A stretch of 63,926 bases of DNA, counting the filler, from an uncultured Methanosarcinales archaeon (GTDB lineage Archaea > Nanobdellota > Nanobdellia > Woesearchaeales > CAZKBD01): the NCBI GenBank assembly GCA_964550945.1. It is 3 parts of 3 records of this genome, joined end to end, with 100 filler letters (N's around TTAATTAATTAA, not from the genome) between each part and the next. Parts side by side here need not be neighbours in the genome. Positions count along the whole stretch, not along the records: positions 1 to 25,795 come from CAZKBD010000018.1; positions 25,896 to 51,280 come from CAZKBD010000019.1; 1 more part is not named here. One strand, 5' to 3'. The notes below the pieces were generated by a model. That model saw only the letters and a program-made list of their open reading frames with translations, did not search any database and had not been told where the DNA came from. Both the position numbers and the translations under genes were made by a program. Position 1 is the first letter of the stretch. Every line of letters starts with the position of its first letter. Shown piece after piece: positions 19,320-29,020 of this stretch.

Positions 19320-21602
19320 TCATTTATTTTTGGATTTATTTCTGGCATAATAAAAGATAAAATAAAAAATAATGATTAATGCTGCAATAGAACTAATAAC
19401 TGCACCTGTTTTGAATCCTTCCGAAGTGTACCTGAAAACCAGCTTGCCTGTTTCTCCGTTAAGATATACTGTACTTACAACCCCATTCGCATTGAAAATA
19501 TCCTTTTCTTTGCCATTGATCTCTGCTTTCCACCCGGGGAACATGTTATATCTCTCTGAAAGAACCAAAAATCCTTCTTCTCCATTTAGGTCTATTACCA
19601 TTTTATTTGGTGAGTAATAACTGATGTTAACCTCTTTTGCTTTGGCAGAATTTTTGTTTAAAGAATCCAATAAACCATTCATTTCATCCGGTGTTATCCC
19701 ATTTTTTTTATCGAATATGTTAGGTAATATTGCTCCACCATTTTTAACAAATATCTGCAATTTAGAGACAATTTCCTGGTCTAGATCTCCTTGGAGCAGG
19801 AGTATTCCATCAAACTTGTTTATGATGTTTTGGTCAAGGCTAGTGAACAGATCTTTATTGATATGTATTAATGTAGCATTAGCAGGATCAAACTTCTCGT
19901 TCAATAACAAATCATAAACCGCTTTTTTTGTAACATCTTCTTCACCCAGGATCATAATGCTGTTATCTACAAAATAAGCCCTGGGAAGATAAAGTTCATT
20001 TTTGTAAAGATAGGGGCCGTCACTAAGAGGGTGATCGCAGGTCTTGCATTTCTCAAATTCTTTTACAAATGTTAAATCAGCCAAACTTTGGTTATTTGCT
20101 GAAATTATATACCTTGTATTCAATATCCCCCAAAGCTTCAAAGGATTGTAATTTAATGCAATATAATTGAATGTAACATAATCATTAAACCATATCCCGC
20201 CAGTTGTTATTACATGTTGCAATCCTAAAAATGCCCCGTAATGTATTGATCCTGATCGTATAAGCTCTTTGCTGTCTATTGACTCTATCCTAAAAATACC
20301 TTTATCCTTGCTTATGTAATTTAGAATTTGGTTGTCATCAACGCTTTTTTGGAAATCCTCTTTCATAATATCCCCGTTATAAGTATATATCCTATTGCCA
20401 ATAAAAAATAATTCAAATAAGATCAACATTAGGATTATACTAAAAACCGTCTTTTGGTAGCTCTTGATTCTGGAGGTTAAAAATTCAAGGCCAGCAGCCA
20501 CAAGAATTGGAGAAAAGAATACAAAAATGAACAACAATCTTGAGATATGCCTTGTTGTATTAAATCCCGGGATATAACTGAATAAAAATGAAGCAAAAGG
20601 GCTGTCTGTTGCTAAAATCACTGACAAAACAGCCATTGAAAATGAGAATATCACATGTTTTTTTCTTATAAACGCTAAGCTAAGCAAAACCAATATGGAC
20701 GCTGATATGCCAATATCAGCTTTATGGCTTTTGCTAGGCATGCCTTCTATCAAGAATACAGGGGCAAACTCGCTTAATCTCAAATATTCAGGGCCAATAA
20801 ACTCTTCATAAGAAACCCCTTGTGCTCTGTTGGATTTTTCATTGAACTTGAGGCTGGGAATCAATTTTACAGAGGATACTCCAATTGTCACCAAGCTTAT
20901 TATTAAACCGATTAAAACAAATTTGAACAGCCTTTTTTTAAAGCCTTTTCCGATAAGGTTAAACAATAAAAAAAACCCTAAAATCAAAAAAGAATATAGT
21001 AAAATTATCATCCCTCCAGAGAATACCATATACGAAAGCGCAAGCCCAGCCAATATCGAATAAGGAGTATATTTCTCTTCTCTTGTTGCTTTTATCACAA
21101 AAAGCAGCACAAGGGGAGCTGCTGCGTACGGGCTCATTATTGGAGGACTGGCAAGATACTCTCTTAACCAGCCATTGTACATGTAAACTAGCGCAGATAC
21201 GAATGCTATTGATGGCCTGTATCTTAAGGTTATCACTAAAAAATACATTGCCAAACCAGCTATAAAGAAATGGAGAATTATTGTCAGGTTAATCGCAGTT
21301 ATGACAGGAAAAAACAAAACAAGGAAGAAAGTCAAATCTAAAAAAGGAGTTTGGGGATTTGCCAATAGAGGAATACCGCTGTCATAATAATATGTCCAGA
21401 ACGGCAGAGCATGAAAGTGCCAAACAGATTCTTTTATTGCATGATATGTGAAAGTCAGATAAGTGAGTATATCGTTTTTTCCTACAAGATACCTTGTGCT
21501 TATGAAATCATGAAGAAAGAACAAGCTTAATATCAGCAAAATAACCAAATAGATAATATGCTGTTTTAGGTATTTATTATACAACAAGCCCATCTTTGCC
21601 AT
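19320..21602 (-). CDS. YfhO-family (GT-C-like) membrane glycosyltransferase
   Basis: PFW...SGIPLLANPQ, multiple TMs, LPRAY, LVLSE..FPGWKA.ING, C-terminal TM. Confidence 0.75.
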   Translation of the reverse strand: MAKMGLLYNKYLKQHIIYLVILLILSLFFLHDFISTRYLVGKNDILTYLTFTYHAIKESVWHFHALPFWTYYYDSGIPLLANPQTPFLDLTFFLVLFFPVITAINLTIILHFFIAGLAMYFLVITLRYRPSIAFVSALVYMYNGWLREYLASPPIMSPYAAAPLVLLFVIKATREEKYTPYSILAGLALSYMVFSGGMIILLYSFLILGFFLLFNLIGKGFKKRLFKFVLIGLIISLVTIGVSSVKLIPSLKFNEKSNRAQGVSYEEFIGPEYLRLSEFAPVFLIEGMPSKSHKADIGISASILVLLSLAFIRKKHVIFSFSMAVLSVILATDSPFASFLFSYIPGFNTTRHISRLLFIFVFFSPILVAAGLEFLTSRIKSYQKTVFSIILMLILFELFFIGNRIYTYNGDIMKEDFQKSVDDNQILNYISKDKGIFRIESIDSKELIRSGSIHYGAFLGLQHVITTGGIWFNDYVTFNYIALNYNPLKLWGILNTRYIISANNQSLADLTFVKEFEKCKTCDHPLSDGPYLYKNELYLPRAYFVDNSIMILGEEDVTKKAVYDLLLNEKFDPANATLIHINKDLFTSLDQNIINKFDGILLLQGDLDQEIVSKLQIFVKNGGAILPNIFDKKNGITPDEMNGLLDSLNKNSAKAKEVNISYYSPNKMVIDLNGEEGFLVLSERYNMFPGWKAEINGKEKDIFNANGVVSTVYLNGETGKLVFRYTSEGFKTGAVISSIAALIIIFYFIFYYARNKSKNK

Positions 21603-23056
21603 TATAAATATTCTATGCCTTTATCTTTCTCTCTCCACAATCCAAGAGCTTCATGAGCCCATTTGAAAGGCCTTTCCTTATTTTTAATTAGCTGCAATAC
21701 AACCTTTATGAATTTTTCACCTACATTTTCACCATACAGGTCTTTTGAATTTGCCATCTGCTGTTTTAATGGCTCGTTTTTATAGACATAATCAACCATT
21801 TTTACAATAAAACTGTCGCTTATCGGAGGAACCAGAAGATTGCATTTCGCATCATTGACAGTTTCAGGCCTATCGGTATTGAATCTGCAAGTCAAGCACG
21901 GCTTTTTTAATAGGTTCATCTCTTCCTGCACTCCACCAGAATCAGTTAAAGCAGCAAAACAATTATTTGAGTTGTAAAATTCAATTACATTTGCATATTC
22001 TGGCCATACATTTGTAAACAAAAAATTCTTGTTCTTTTTTAATTTTTCAAGCACATTCCTTAATTTATAGTGGTCTAATGCAGTTCTTGTTGCACTCATT
22101 TCTACAAAATTTACTTTATAGCCTTTTTTGACTAGTTTTTTTATTGATCCTACAATCGCCTTGAACCTTACAGGAGTTAAGTTATCCCTTCTGTGGATGT
22201 CCATTCTTATCCATTCGCCATTTTCCAGCTGAGGATAAATATTGAAAATGCTTTTCTCTGGCTTCTCTTTTCTTTTTAGCTCTAAAGCATCAACAACAAC
22301 ACCGCCAACAACCCAGATATTCTTCTCAGGATAACCCTCTCTGATGAGATGTTGCTTGTTCAGCTCTACAGGCGCAAACAAAAATTCAGAGCCAGCTGCT
22401 GACACATAAGTATCCCATTGCTCTGGGAATGGCTCATTCCTTAACAATTGCCATTCACCGTTAAATTGCTTGTCAATGAATGTTTCTATTGTCACTTTAT
22501 TTATTTGTTTGATTATCTCTGGAGCCATTGACCTTAAGCCAGCTTCATATTGGATAGCTTTTTCATTTCTTGAGAACATCCAGGCAGCAGGAACAATTGG
22601 CGTTAAAATAGTATCACCTAATACCACGGGTATTACAGTAACATTAGGCCATTTCTTTTTTAGATATCTAGCAAGCCAGCTGACTTTTATCATCAACTCA
22701 GCAGATTTTTGAGCCAGATCACCTCTTATAGAAAGATTAGCTGCCACTTGGTCCTTTATGTTAAACTCTGTCAATCCCCTTGTCAGTATATCATCATAAT
22801 GCTGATTGGAATTGATCACTAAGTTGGGTATATCTGCCTTATTTGCAGCTTCGATTGCCCCATAAAACTTATAGAAGCAAGGCTTTGTTCCGATAACAAA
22901 AGCCAGCACCCATTTATCCTCTTTTTTCGCTTTTTCCATCACATAACTTATTAATTTTTCATTTAAGCTTAATGGCAGTATAGTGGGCATTAGATAATCT
23001 ACTTCTTTGGTTGTTTCAGCTCCAAACATTGATTCATAACTATCTTGAGCTCTCAT
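21602..23056 (-). CDS. UDP-N-acetylglucosamine 2-epimerase family protein (divergent, 484 aa)
   Basis: GTKP, QHYD, VLGDT, EAGLRS, HRRDN, LTDSGGVQEE, TDRPE. Confidence 0.8.
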   Translation of the reverse strand: MRAQDSYESMFGAETTKEVDYLMPTILPLSLNEKLISYVMEKAKKEDKWVLAFVIGTKPCFYKFYGAIEAANKADIPNLVINSNQHYDDILTRGLTEFNIKDQVAANLSIRGDLAQKSAELMIKVSWLARYLKKKWPNVTVIPVVLGDTILTPIVPAAWMFSRNEKAIQYEAGLRSMAPEIIKQINKVTIETFIDKQFNGEWQLLRNEPFPEQWDTYVSAAGSEFLFAPVELNKQHLIREGYPEKNIWVVGGVVVDALELKRKEKPEKSIFNIYPQLENGEWIRMDIHRRDNLTPVRFKAIVGSIKKLVKKGYKVNFVEMSATRTALDHYKLRNVLEKLKKNKNFLFTNVWPEYANVIEFYNSNNCFAALTDSGGVQEEMNLLKKPCLTCRFNTDRPETVNDAKCNLLVPPISDSFIVKMVDYVYKNEPLKQQMANSKDLYGENVGEKFIKVVLQLIKNKERPFKWAHEALGLWREKDKGIEYL

Positions 23057-23598
23057 TTTTGTAATACGAACATAGTATGCCTAACAAATGGATAAAACCA
23101 TTGTTTTTCAACATTGTCTCTTTTTTCTACAACTCTTAAGTTAAGTTGTTTGAACAGTTGTAACCATTCATGTTCTGTTTTAAGGTTAAAAGGCGTTTTA
23201 ACGCCGTGAAGAGCGTTATAGACGTAATCAAGCATATTTGCAAAAATACCCGGTTTATCTTCAAATATAACTATTTTCCCATTGCACACCCTTTTGCATT
23301 CTTTAAGAATATCTAATGGGTCATCACAATGATGGAGCACATAAGCCAATAATACTGTTGTGAATCTGCTGTCATTGAATGGGATTTTATCTCCGTTATA
23401 CACAACTAAGTTTAATTCTGTTTCATTCAGATCCTTCACATCTATGCAAGTTACTTCTGTACTATTTCTCTCCTTGAGCTCTTTTGCAATGTAGCATCTT
23501 CCAGCTCCAACATCCAACAAATCTTTCCCTATATGTTTAGAGCATGTATCACTAACTTTTTTTGCTTTTATTTTACAAAGTCTTTTGTACAGAGTCAC
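23053..23598 (-). CDS. Class I SAM-dependent methyltransferase
   Basis: LLDVGAG, IPF.D..F, VLHH; GTG start. Confidence 0.85.
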   Translation of the reverse strand: MTLYKRLCKIKAKKVSDTCSKHIGKDLLDVGAGRCYIAKELKERNSTEVTCIDVKDLNETELNLVVYNGDKIPFNDSRFTTVLLAYVLHHCDDPLDILKECKRVCNGKIVIFEDKPGIFANMLDYVYNALHGVKTPFNLKTEHEWLQLFKQLNLRVVEKRDNVEKQWFYPFVRHTMFVLQK

Positions 23599-23768
23599 TT
23601 ATTCCAGCCCCATTTGCAATCTTTATTGCTGCATTTTGCTTCCTGAACAAAATCACTTGGGTAATCTCGTTCTATTATCCTGCTTTTGCATACCGGGCAT
23701 TTATGTTGGATATGGACATACCACAATAGCTTGAAAAAATTAGCTGCATGCCAAAAAAACTTCTTCAT
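23595..23768 (-). CDS. 57-aa zinc-ribbon-like small protein (absent from ORF track)
   Basis: MKKFFWHAANFFKLLWYVHIQHKCPVCKSRIIERDYPSDFVQEAKCSNKDCKWGWNK; ATGA overlap with the upstream stop and GTGA overlap with the downstream start. Confidence 0.7.
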   Translation of the reverse strand: MKKFFWHAANFFKLLWYVHIQHKCPVCKSRIIERDYPSDFVQEAKCSNKDCKWGWNK

Positions 23769-24496
23769 TTTGCCCTCCTAAAATTCATATCATAAAACAA
23801 TATTGCCATTTCTTTTAATAGATCTAACACCACCTTAGGTTTCGGCAGGTTAAGGCCAACCTCTAACTCAAAAACAGGCTTTCCTAAAGTTCTAGGATAA
23901 TGGTTTACACCAACTTCTTTTATTTTGTATCCTTTTCTTCTGGCTTTCGCCAACATTTCGGTTGTTGACAGGCCTGTTTTGCACATTAGCTGGATTTTAT
24001 CAAAAATCTTCTTCTTGACCAACCTGAAAGCGCAATCCATATCTCTCTCTTTTGTTCTGAAAATAGTCCTGACAATAGCATTGTATATTTTTGCAGTGAT
24101 TATCCTTGAGCCAGGGTCCCGCCTCTTTATCCTATAGCCTGCAATTATATCATAATCATCGATGTAAGGAATGAATTTATTGAATTCCTCAAGATCAAAC
24201 TGGTTATCAGAGTCTGCATAAAATATTAAAGGATATTTTGCAGCTTCAAACCCCATCTTCAATGCAGTTCCCATGCCCTTTTTGCCATTTGGCTGTATCA
24301 CAAGCCTGACATTTTTGTTTGTTTTTTCATAATCCATCACAACCTTAATTGAATTATCAGTAGATCCTTCATATACTACAATGACTATCTCATATTTATC
24401 AGCTGTCTTATTTAGTACTTTATCTGCACTTTCAATGAGCTTAGGTATATTTTCCTCTTCATTGTAGGCAGGAAAAAACATTGATATTTCTCTCAT
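23765..24496 (-). CDS. Glycosyltransferase family 2 (DPM-like)
   Basis: FPAYNEEENI, GSTD, ADSDNQFD, DMDCAF. Confidence 0.9.
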   Translation of the reverse strand: MREISMFFPAYNEEENIPKLIESADKVLNKTADKYEIVIVVYEGSTDNSIKVVMDYEKTNKNVRLVIQPNGKKGMGTALKMGFEAAKYPLIFYADSDNQFDLEEFNKFIPYIDDYDIIAGYRIKRRDPGSRIITAKIYNAIVRTIFRTKERDMDCAFRLVKKKIFDKIQLMCKTGLSTTEMLAKARRKGYKIKEVGVNHYPRTLGKPVFELEVGLNLPKPKVVLDLLKEMAILFYDMNFRRAK

Positions 24497-24554
24497 AAAC
24501 TCCCCCGTTAGAATAAGAAAATAAAGTGGTATATAAGGTTTATGGGTTTTTACC

Positions 24555-25073
24555 TCAGCTTTTTTTAATTATTTCCTTTCCTTTATTCACAAAAAGAAGA
24601 GTCTTTAGCCTTAATTCCTGAACAAGCTTTTTATCAAAAGCTATTTGGCTTGAATAAGATGCTTTCTCTCTTTCTTGCTTGGATTGCACATAAAACAAGA
24701 CATCATTGTTGTCAAGGTAGGTTTTGTTTATTAGCTGAATGTCTTCTTTAGTCAACTCATCATCGTAATAATACTTTATCAGGATGCATAGTGTGGCATC
24801 ATGATTCTTTGAAGCAAACCCTTTTCTCAAGAGCAATGCTATGGCAATGTGATAGCTTGCATAATAGCAGCCGACAACAGCCCAGTCCGTATAATCCTGT
24901 TTTAAGGTGTCTTGTATGAAAGCGGCATTATGCTCTGCCTTCTGCACATGCCCTTTGACTTCTGCTTCATCATACTCTTGCTTCACTAGAATCTTATTTT
25001 TTATGTAAAGATCAATCTTTTCATCAACCAGCTTGGGGTTTTCCAATAAACTTTTTAATTGTTTTTCATTCAT
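24555..25073 (-). CDS. HEPN-domain protein (partner of MNT)
   Basis: WAVVGCYYASYH..IALL..KG..SKNH and R...SY signature of archaeal HEPN proteins; overlaps the MNT gene. Confidence 0.8.
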   Translation of the reverse strand: MNEKQLKSLLENPKLVDEKIDLYIKNKILVKQEYDEAEVKGHVQKAEHNAAFIQDTLKQDYTDWAVVGCYYASYHIAIALLLRKGFASKNHDATLCILIKYYYDDELTKEDIQLINKTYLDNNDVLFYVQSKQEREKASYSSQIAFDKKLVQELRLKTLLFVNKGKEIIKKS

Positions 25074-25653
25074 GGCAGATCACCTCATAATAGTATTTTT
25101 GATTAAAAACCGGAAAACCAGTATTCAAAGCAGACTGGACAACTTTATCTCTTCTAGCAGAAACTTCTAAGGTAAACTGCTTTTCGCTGATTTTGAATAT
25201 TTGTATATGCATTCCTGTCTGCGCCTCAACATATTTTGCAGTATTATCCTTATTTTTGTTGCCTATCACTAACATATCAAGGTCAGACTCTTCCTTAAAT
25301 GTCCCCTTTGCGGTCGAACCAAAAACAACAACAATAACCGGTTTTTTTTCTAATCTTTCAATATACATCTTGATTGCGTTTTTACGGAGAAGCGGGAGAT
25401 TTTCCAGTTTTTCATAATCAAAAATAGGGAATATCTCAGGCACATATCCTGCAGTTATATTAAATTTCTTTAAATTTCCGTCAAACTCTGCCCTCAAAAT
25501 ACTACTTTTGACAAGCAAATTAAGATGCAAAGATGCAGTACTCTCGTTCATTCTTGAAATTCTGGCAATCTCCCTGAGGTGAACAGGCTTATTTTTATTA
25601 TTATAAAATATCTTCAGTATCTTCCAGATTCCGGGCTTGATTATTGTTTGCAT
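25066..25653 (-). CDS. wHTH plus minimal nucleotidyltransferase (MNT)
   Basis: HLREIAR HTH; VFGSTAKG...ESDLDM (GS-x10-DxD pol-beta motif). Confidence 0.85.
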   Translation of the reverse strand: MQTIIKPGIWKILKIFYNNKNKPVHLREIARISRMNESTASLHLNLLVKSSILRAEFDGNLKKFNITAGYVPEIFPIFDYEKLENLPLLRKNAIKMYIERLEKKPVIVVVFGSTAKGTFKEESDLDMLVIGNKNKDNTAKYVEAQTGMHIQIFKISEKQFTLEVSARRDKVVQSALNTGFPVFNQKYYYEVICHE

Positions 25654-25795
25654 TTCTCAAACAATTGTTTGAAATATCCCAACATTTATAAATCTTGCTG
25701 TTTTTGAGTAAACTTTTGCGTTTCTCCTCTGTAAGCACCACCTGATTTTTGATGTATATTCTGTAGCACCGAAAAACATATAAACTTAAGTTATC

Positions 25796-25895
25796 NNNNN
25801 NNNNNNNNNNNNNNNNNNNNNNNNNNNNNNNNNNNNNNNTTAATTAATTAANNNNNNNNNNNNNNNNNNNNNNNNNNNNNNNNNNNNNNNNNNNN
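25796..25895. other. Artificial contig linker (N44-TTAATTAATTAA-N44)
   Basis: 100 bp of Ns around a six-frame stop linker; identical copy at 51281-51380. Confidence 0.97.
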
Positions 25896-26112
25896 TTTCA
25901 GTCAGCATTTCTACATGGGGACAATTTGTCCCTAGGTAACTTCCAAGCTCCGAATCACGTTTTCTAAGCTTTTTTAGATAATCTGTAGGATTAACACTAT
26001 CAGTTAGAGCCTGAACTATATCAACTAAAGAATAATGCCACTCATCTTTAAACCAGCTTCTTCGTATTTTCTTGCTTTGAAATACAACCAAAGCTTTATC
26101 TGAGGGATTCAT
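25896..26112 (-). CDS. Bro-N domain / phage antirepressor-like protein, truncated by contig end
   Basis: VFQSKKIRRSW..DEWHYSLVDIVQALTDS.NP.DY..KL.KR is typical of Bro-N proteins. Confidence 0.75.
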
Positions 26113-26627
26113 TTTGAACCATCTCTTATCATTTGTGTTAATACAATAATAAGCAAATGTCCTTTTGCAATGGGATGAATTGCTTGATTAAAACTCGTTT
26201 CCATTACACCATTAAAATTATGTGCTACAAGATTTCTAAAATGTTTTAGCTCCATCATTTGAATCAAATAATCATTGGGTATTTTATACTTTGCCACACA
26301 AAACATGATAAGATAATGTAAATCAAAATTGCTCACTTTATTAATAATTGTTTGATCTGATTCTTTTATTTGTATTAAACGGATTAACAAATCATGTAAA
26401 TGTGATGTTAAAATCATTATACTTCCTGCAATTTTTGGGATTGTCCATTGTTGATTGTTATTAATTAAATCTGAATAAAAGTCTAATATTTCTTGCTCTG
26501 ACTTACTGATGAGATAATCTGAAAAATTGATAATAGTTTCCTGTTTTATTCTATCTGGGATTAGATTATATAACTTATCGTATTCACTTTGACAAATTAA
26601 TCTAATTAAATTTTCTTTGTGTCCCAT
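26109..26627 (-). CDS. Hypothetical helical protein with a HEPN RNase-like RxxxxH motif
   Basis: HFRNLVAHN near the C-terminus; AT-rich; coupled to the Bro-N gene by an ATGA overlap. Confidence 0.55.
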   Translation of the reverse strand: MGHKENLIRLICQSEYDKLYNLIPDRIKQETIINFSDYLISKSEQEILDFYSDLINNNQQWTIPKIAGSIMILTSHLHDLLIRLIQIKESDQTIINKVSNFDLHYLIMFCVAKYKIPNDYLIQMMELKHFRNLVAHNFNGVMETSFNQAIHPIAKGHLLIIVLTQMIRDGSK

Positions 26628-26628
26628 A

Positions 26629-28143
26629 TTATCTGCACATCCCTTGCGATTTTAGCATTTCGTAAGTATCACATTCACCATACATATTACATTGTTCTTT
26701 TACATCATCACATAAACTTGCAGGAGTTCCTTCTATCATAGGAAATCCACCAGATGGCACATTTTGCCATTGTTTTGATTTATCTTCTAAATCTTTTAAA
26801 TCTTTATAGATTGAATCTCCATAAAAAGCAACATTAGCAATATTATTTAATTTACTGGATTCAAACCCCCCCCAGTTTATTTTGGTGTATGTTGCACGAT
26901 TCATGGATGTACGGGCTAAATACCTTTCTTGAGTATTCCCATAATCATCCTTATATTTTTCTTTTACTGTTGTCTGAACTTGATATATCTTTGAATTAAC
27001 TAGAAAAACTGACTTAAAAATATCTGACGCATCTGACATAACCTGTAGATAATTATCTGCTAACCAAACATCTTTAAAATAATAAGTTATAGAAATAACA
27101 TATTTATCAGTTTGGTTATTATAGTTACCCAAGTCTATACTAATAATTCTCTCACTTGGAATAACACCATTTATTGCAGTAGAAAGCTGACTTTTGAATT
27201 GATTTAATTGTTGTTGCTCTTTTATAGCATTATCAACCATCTCCTTAATTTTTTGGTATAATTCTCGCTCCTCTTGAATTGCTTTGTCATCCTCGCTTCT
27301 TCCTTTTTCTAATTCCTCAGTCTCAGAATAAAGTTTTCCTGATTCATCTAATAAATCATTAACTTTCCAGTATCCATCTTGTTTTTTCAAAATATATATT
27401 GTTTCTCCTAAGGTTTCATTGACTTGAAAAGTATTATCGAATATCGTCTTATGTTTTACTTTAATTTTTACAATATCGCCAGTTTCTTCAATTACTTCTT
27501 TAGATAATATTTCAAACTTCCTCTCAATACTATTCCATCTATTGAGGTTTTGAGTCATATTTCCACAGACATCTTGTTTAAAAATATTAGTTGCTTGACT
27601 ACACGTATTTAACCAATCTGAATTTAAAGACTTTCTTTTGCTTAGATAAGATTCATCAGTCTCTAACATTTCTAGAATTACGCTGCTGGCTAATTGCTTT
27701 TCAAAGCTAATCTTATTTAATCTATCGCTTATTCCTTTGTAATTAAAATATGATGTATATTTATCTAAAACCTGTTCAGCAGTCATTTCTCCAAGATTTA
27801 ATTTTTCTGGTTCATTAGCTGAAGAAGGGATTTTACTATCTTTCTCAGAATTATCTATTAGCGAGATTGCAACGAAAAACATTACAATTAAAGCAATTGC
27901 CTTAATCCACGTAGGAACACGATAATTAAATTTTGAGGATGTGAATTTATTAAAATAGGGTAATGCAATAAATATAGCAATAGATGAGATTACTATAGAA
28001 AAAAAATTCAAAGTGGAAAAAGAGAACAAACCAATAAGTATTATTATACTAAAGAATAAAATAACAATGACCCTTAAGATACTTTTTAAAATAGAAACTG
28101 TCTTTGTTTTCAAATCAATTTTAGGTGTGTGGCTCATTCTCAA
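26629..28143 (-). CDS. Hypothetical membrane-anchored protein (3 N-terminal TMs, large extracytoplasmic region)
   Basis: 504-aa ORF; hydrophobic N-terminus, LKKQDGYWKV (NTF2-like strand), Cys-rich C-terminus. Confidence 0.65.
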   Translation of the reverse strand: MRMSHTPKIDLKTKTVSILKSILRVIVILFFSIIILIGLFSFSTLNFFSIVISSIAIFIALPYFNKFTSSKFNYRVPTWIKAIALIVMFFVAISLIDNSEKDSKIPSSANEPEKLNLGEMTAEQVLDKYTSYFNYKGISDRLNKISFEKQLASSVILEMLETDESYLSKRKSLNSDWLNTCSQATNIFKQDVCGNMTQNLNRWNSIERKFEILSKEVIEETGDIVKIKVKHKTIFDNTFQVNETLGETIYILKKQDGYWKVNDLLDESGKLYSETEELEKGRSEDDKAIQEERELYQKIKEMVDNAIKEQQQLNQFKSQLSTAINGVIPSERIISIDLGNYNNQTDKYVISITYYFKDVWLADNYLQVMSDASDIFKSVFLVNSKIYQVQTTVKEKYKDDYGNTQERYLARTSMNRATYTKINWGGFESSKLNNIANVAFYGDSIYKDLKDLEDKSKQWQNVPSGGFPMIEGTPASLCDDVKEQCNMYGECDTYEMLKSQGMCR

Positions 28144-28599
28144 TTACTCCTCTAAACGCTTCTTTTTCTTTTCTTCAAACTCTTTTTTAGTTAAAACACC
28201 CTTTTCCATTAGTGAATGCGATTTTTCAATCTCGTCTGCAACAGAAGATGAACCTGAATTCTTAGATTTTATTTTCTTCTCAATATATTCTTTAATTTTC
28301 AATGCTTGCTCATATTTCTCTTGACCGTCAAAAGAGATTGTATTTTCATCATAACTCGCAGCAAAAGCCCCCTTTTTGGATTCATTACCTCCAGGAATTG
28401 AGAATTGGAGATAGCCTAATGCAAACCCCGGTTTTTTAATTTGTATAGATGTTATGTTATGGAAGTAGATATCCTTTTTGCCTTTCAAGCCCTGCATAAA
28501 AAATCCCATAAATGTCCCCCTATCCAGTCTTACACAATCTTTGTATAATTCTATAATGCCATTTCTGCCTTTGAATTCAATGATTGGATTTTCTTCCAT
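28144..28599 (-). CDS. DUF4429/PH-like domain plus SHOCT domain protein
   Basis: KG.NG.IELY, I.SIQIKKPG...GYLQF.IPGG, DEN.I.F; C-terminal ADEIEK...L.EKGVLT.KEFE.KK (SHOCT). Confidence 0.75.
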   Translation of the reverse strand: MEENPIIEFKGRNGIIELYKDCVRLDRGTFMGFFMQGLKGKKDIYFHNITSIQIKKPGFALGYLQFSIPGGNESKKGAFAASYDENTISFDGQEKYEQALKIKEYIEKKIKSKNSGSSSVADEIEKSHSLMEKGVLTKKEFEEKKKKRLEE

Positions 28600-28822
28600 G
28601 ATTTTCTCCCCCTTTAAAGTATTTTTCATATCCTTTGACTAGCCAGAATTGATTCTGCCTTCCAACTTTTTTATACTTTACAATACCTTCATGAAGTAAT
28701 TTTAGAAGATGAACCTGCGCAGTATTCCAAGAAACTTTTACATCAGCAGCTATGTCCTCAGTAGTTGATGGCCAGTCTGCTTTTTTCAGATAATCTATAA
28801 TCCTCTGTCTTGTATTAACCAT
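28577..28822 (-). CDS. Winged helix-turn-helix DNA-binding protein
   Basis: STTEDIAADVKVSWNTAQVHLLKL..EG.V..KKVGR. Confidence 0.8.
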   Translation of the reverse strand: MVNTRQRIIDYLKKADWPSTTEDIAADVKVSWNTAQVHLLKLLHEGIVKYKKVGRQNQFWLVKGYEKYFKGGENHGRKSNH

Positions 28823-28824
28823 AT

Positions 28825-29020
28825 ACGGAACTCCCCCTTAATTGTGATATATCATAAGACCAGGCACAACTTCTATATAAAGATTCCGATGAAAAACGAT
28901 GACGAACGGAACTCCCCGTGATGTAATAATAAAAAGAGGCTTCGTCTTAGATGTCTTAAAATTGTCCCATAGATGTACGTTCTTGAAGGCTCTTACGAGC
29001 TAGATAGAACTGAACTCCCC
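28825..29020. repeat. Three dispersed 12-bp direct repeats AC(G/T)GAACTCCCC
   Basis: Copies at 28825-28836 and 28906-28917 (identical) and 29009-29020 (one mismatch). Confidence 0.8.

Noticed and set aside
25796..25895. Palindromic TTAATTAATTAA repeated at 25840 and 51325
   Set aside because: Sits inside identical N runs; an artificial six-frame stop linker, not biology
24555..26627. A single defence island joining MNT-HEPN with Bro-N/HEPN genes
   Set aside because: The two parts are on different contigs separated by the artificial linker
28825..29020. Possible mini-CRISPR array
   Set aside because: Repeats are only 12 bp, gaps are 69 and 91 bp, and no cas genes are present
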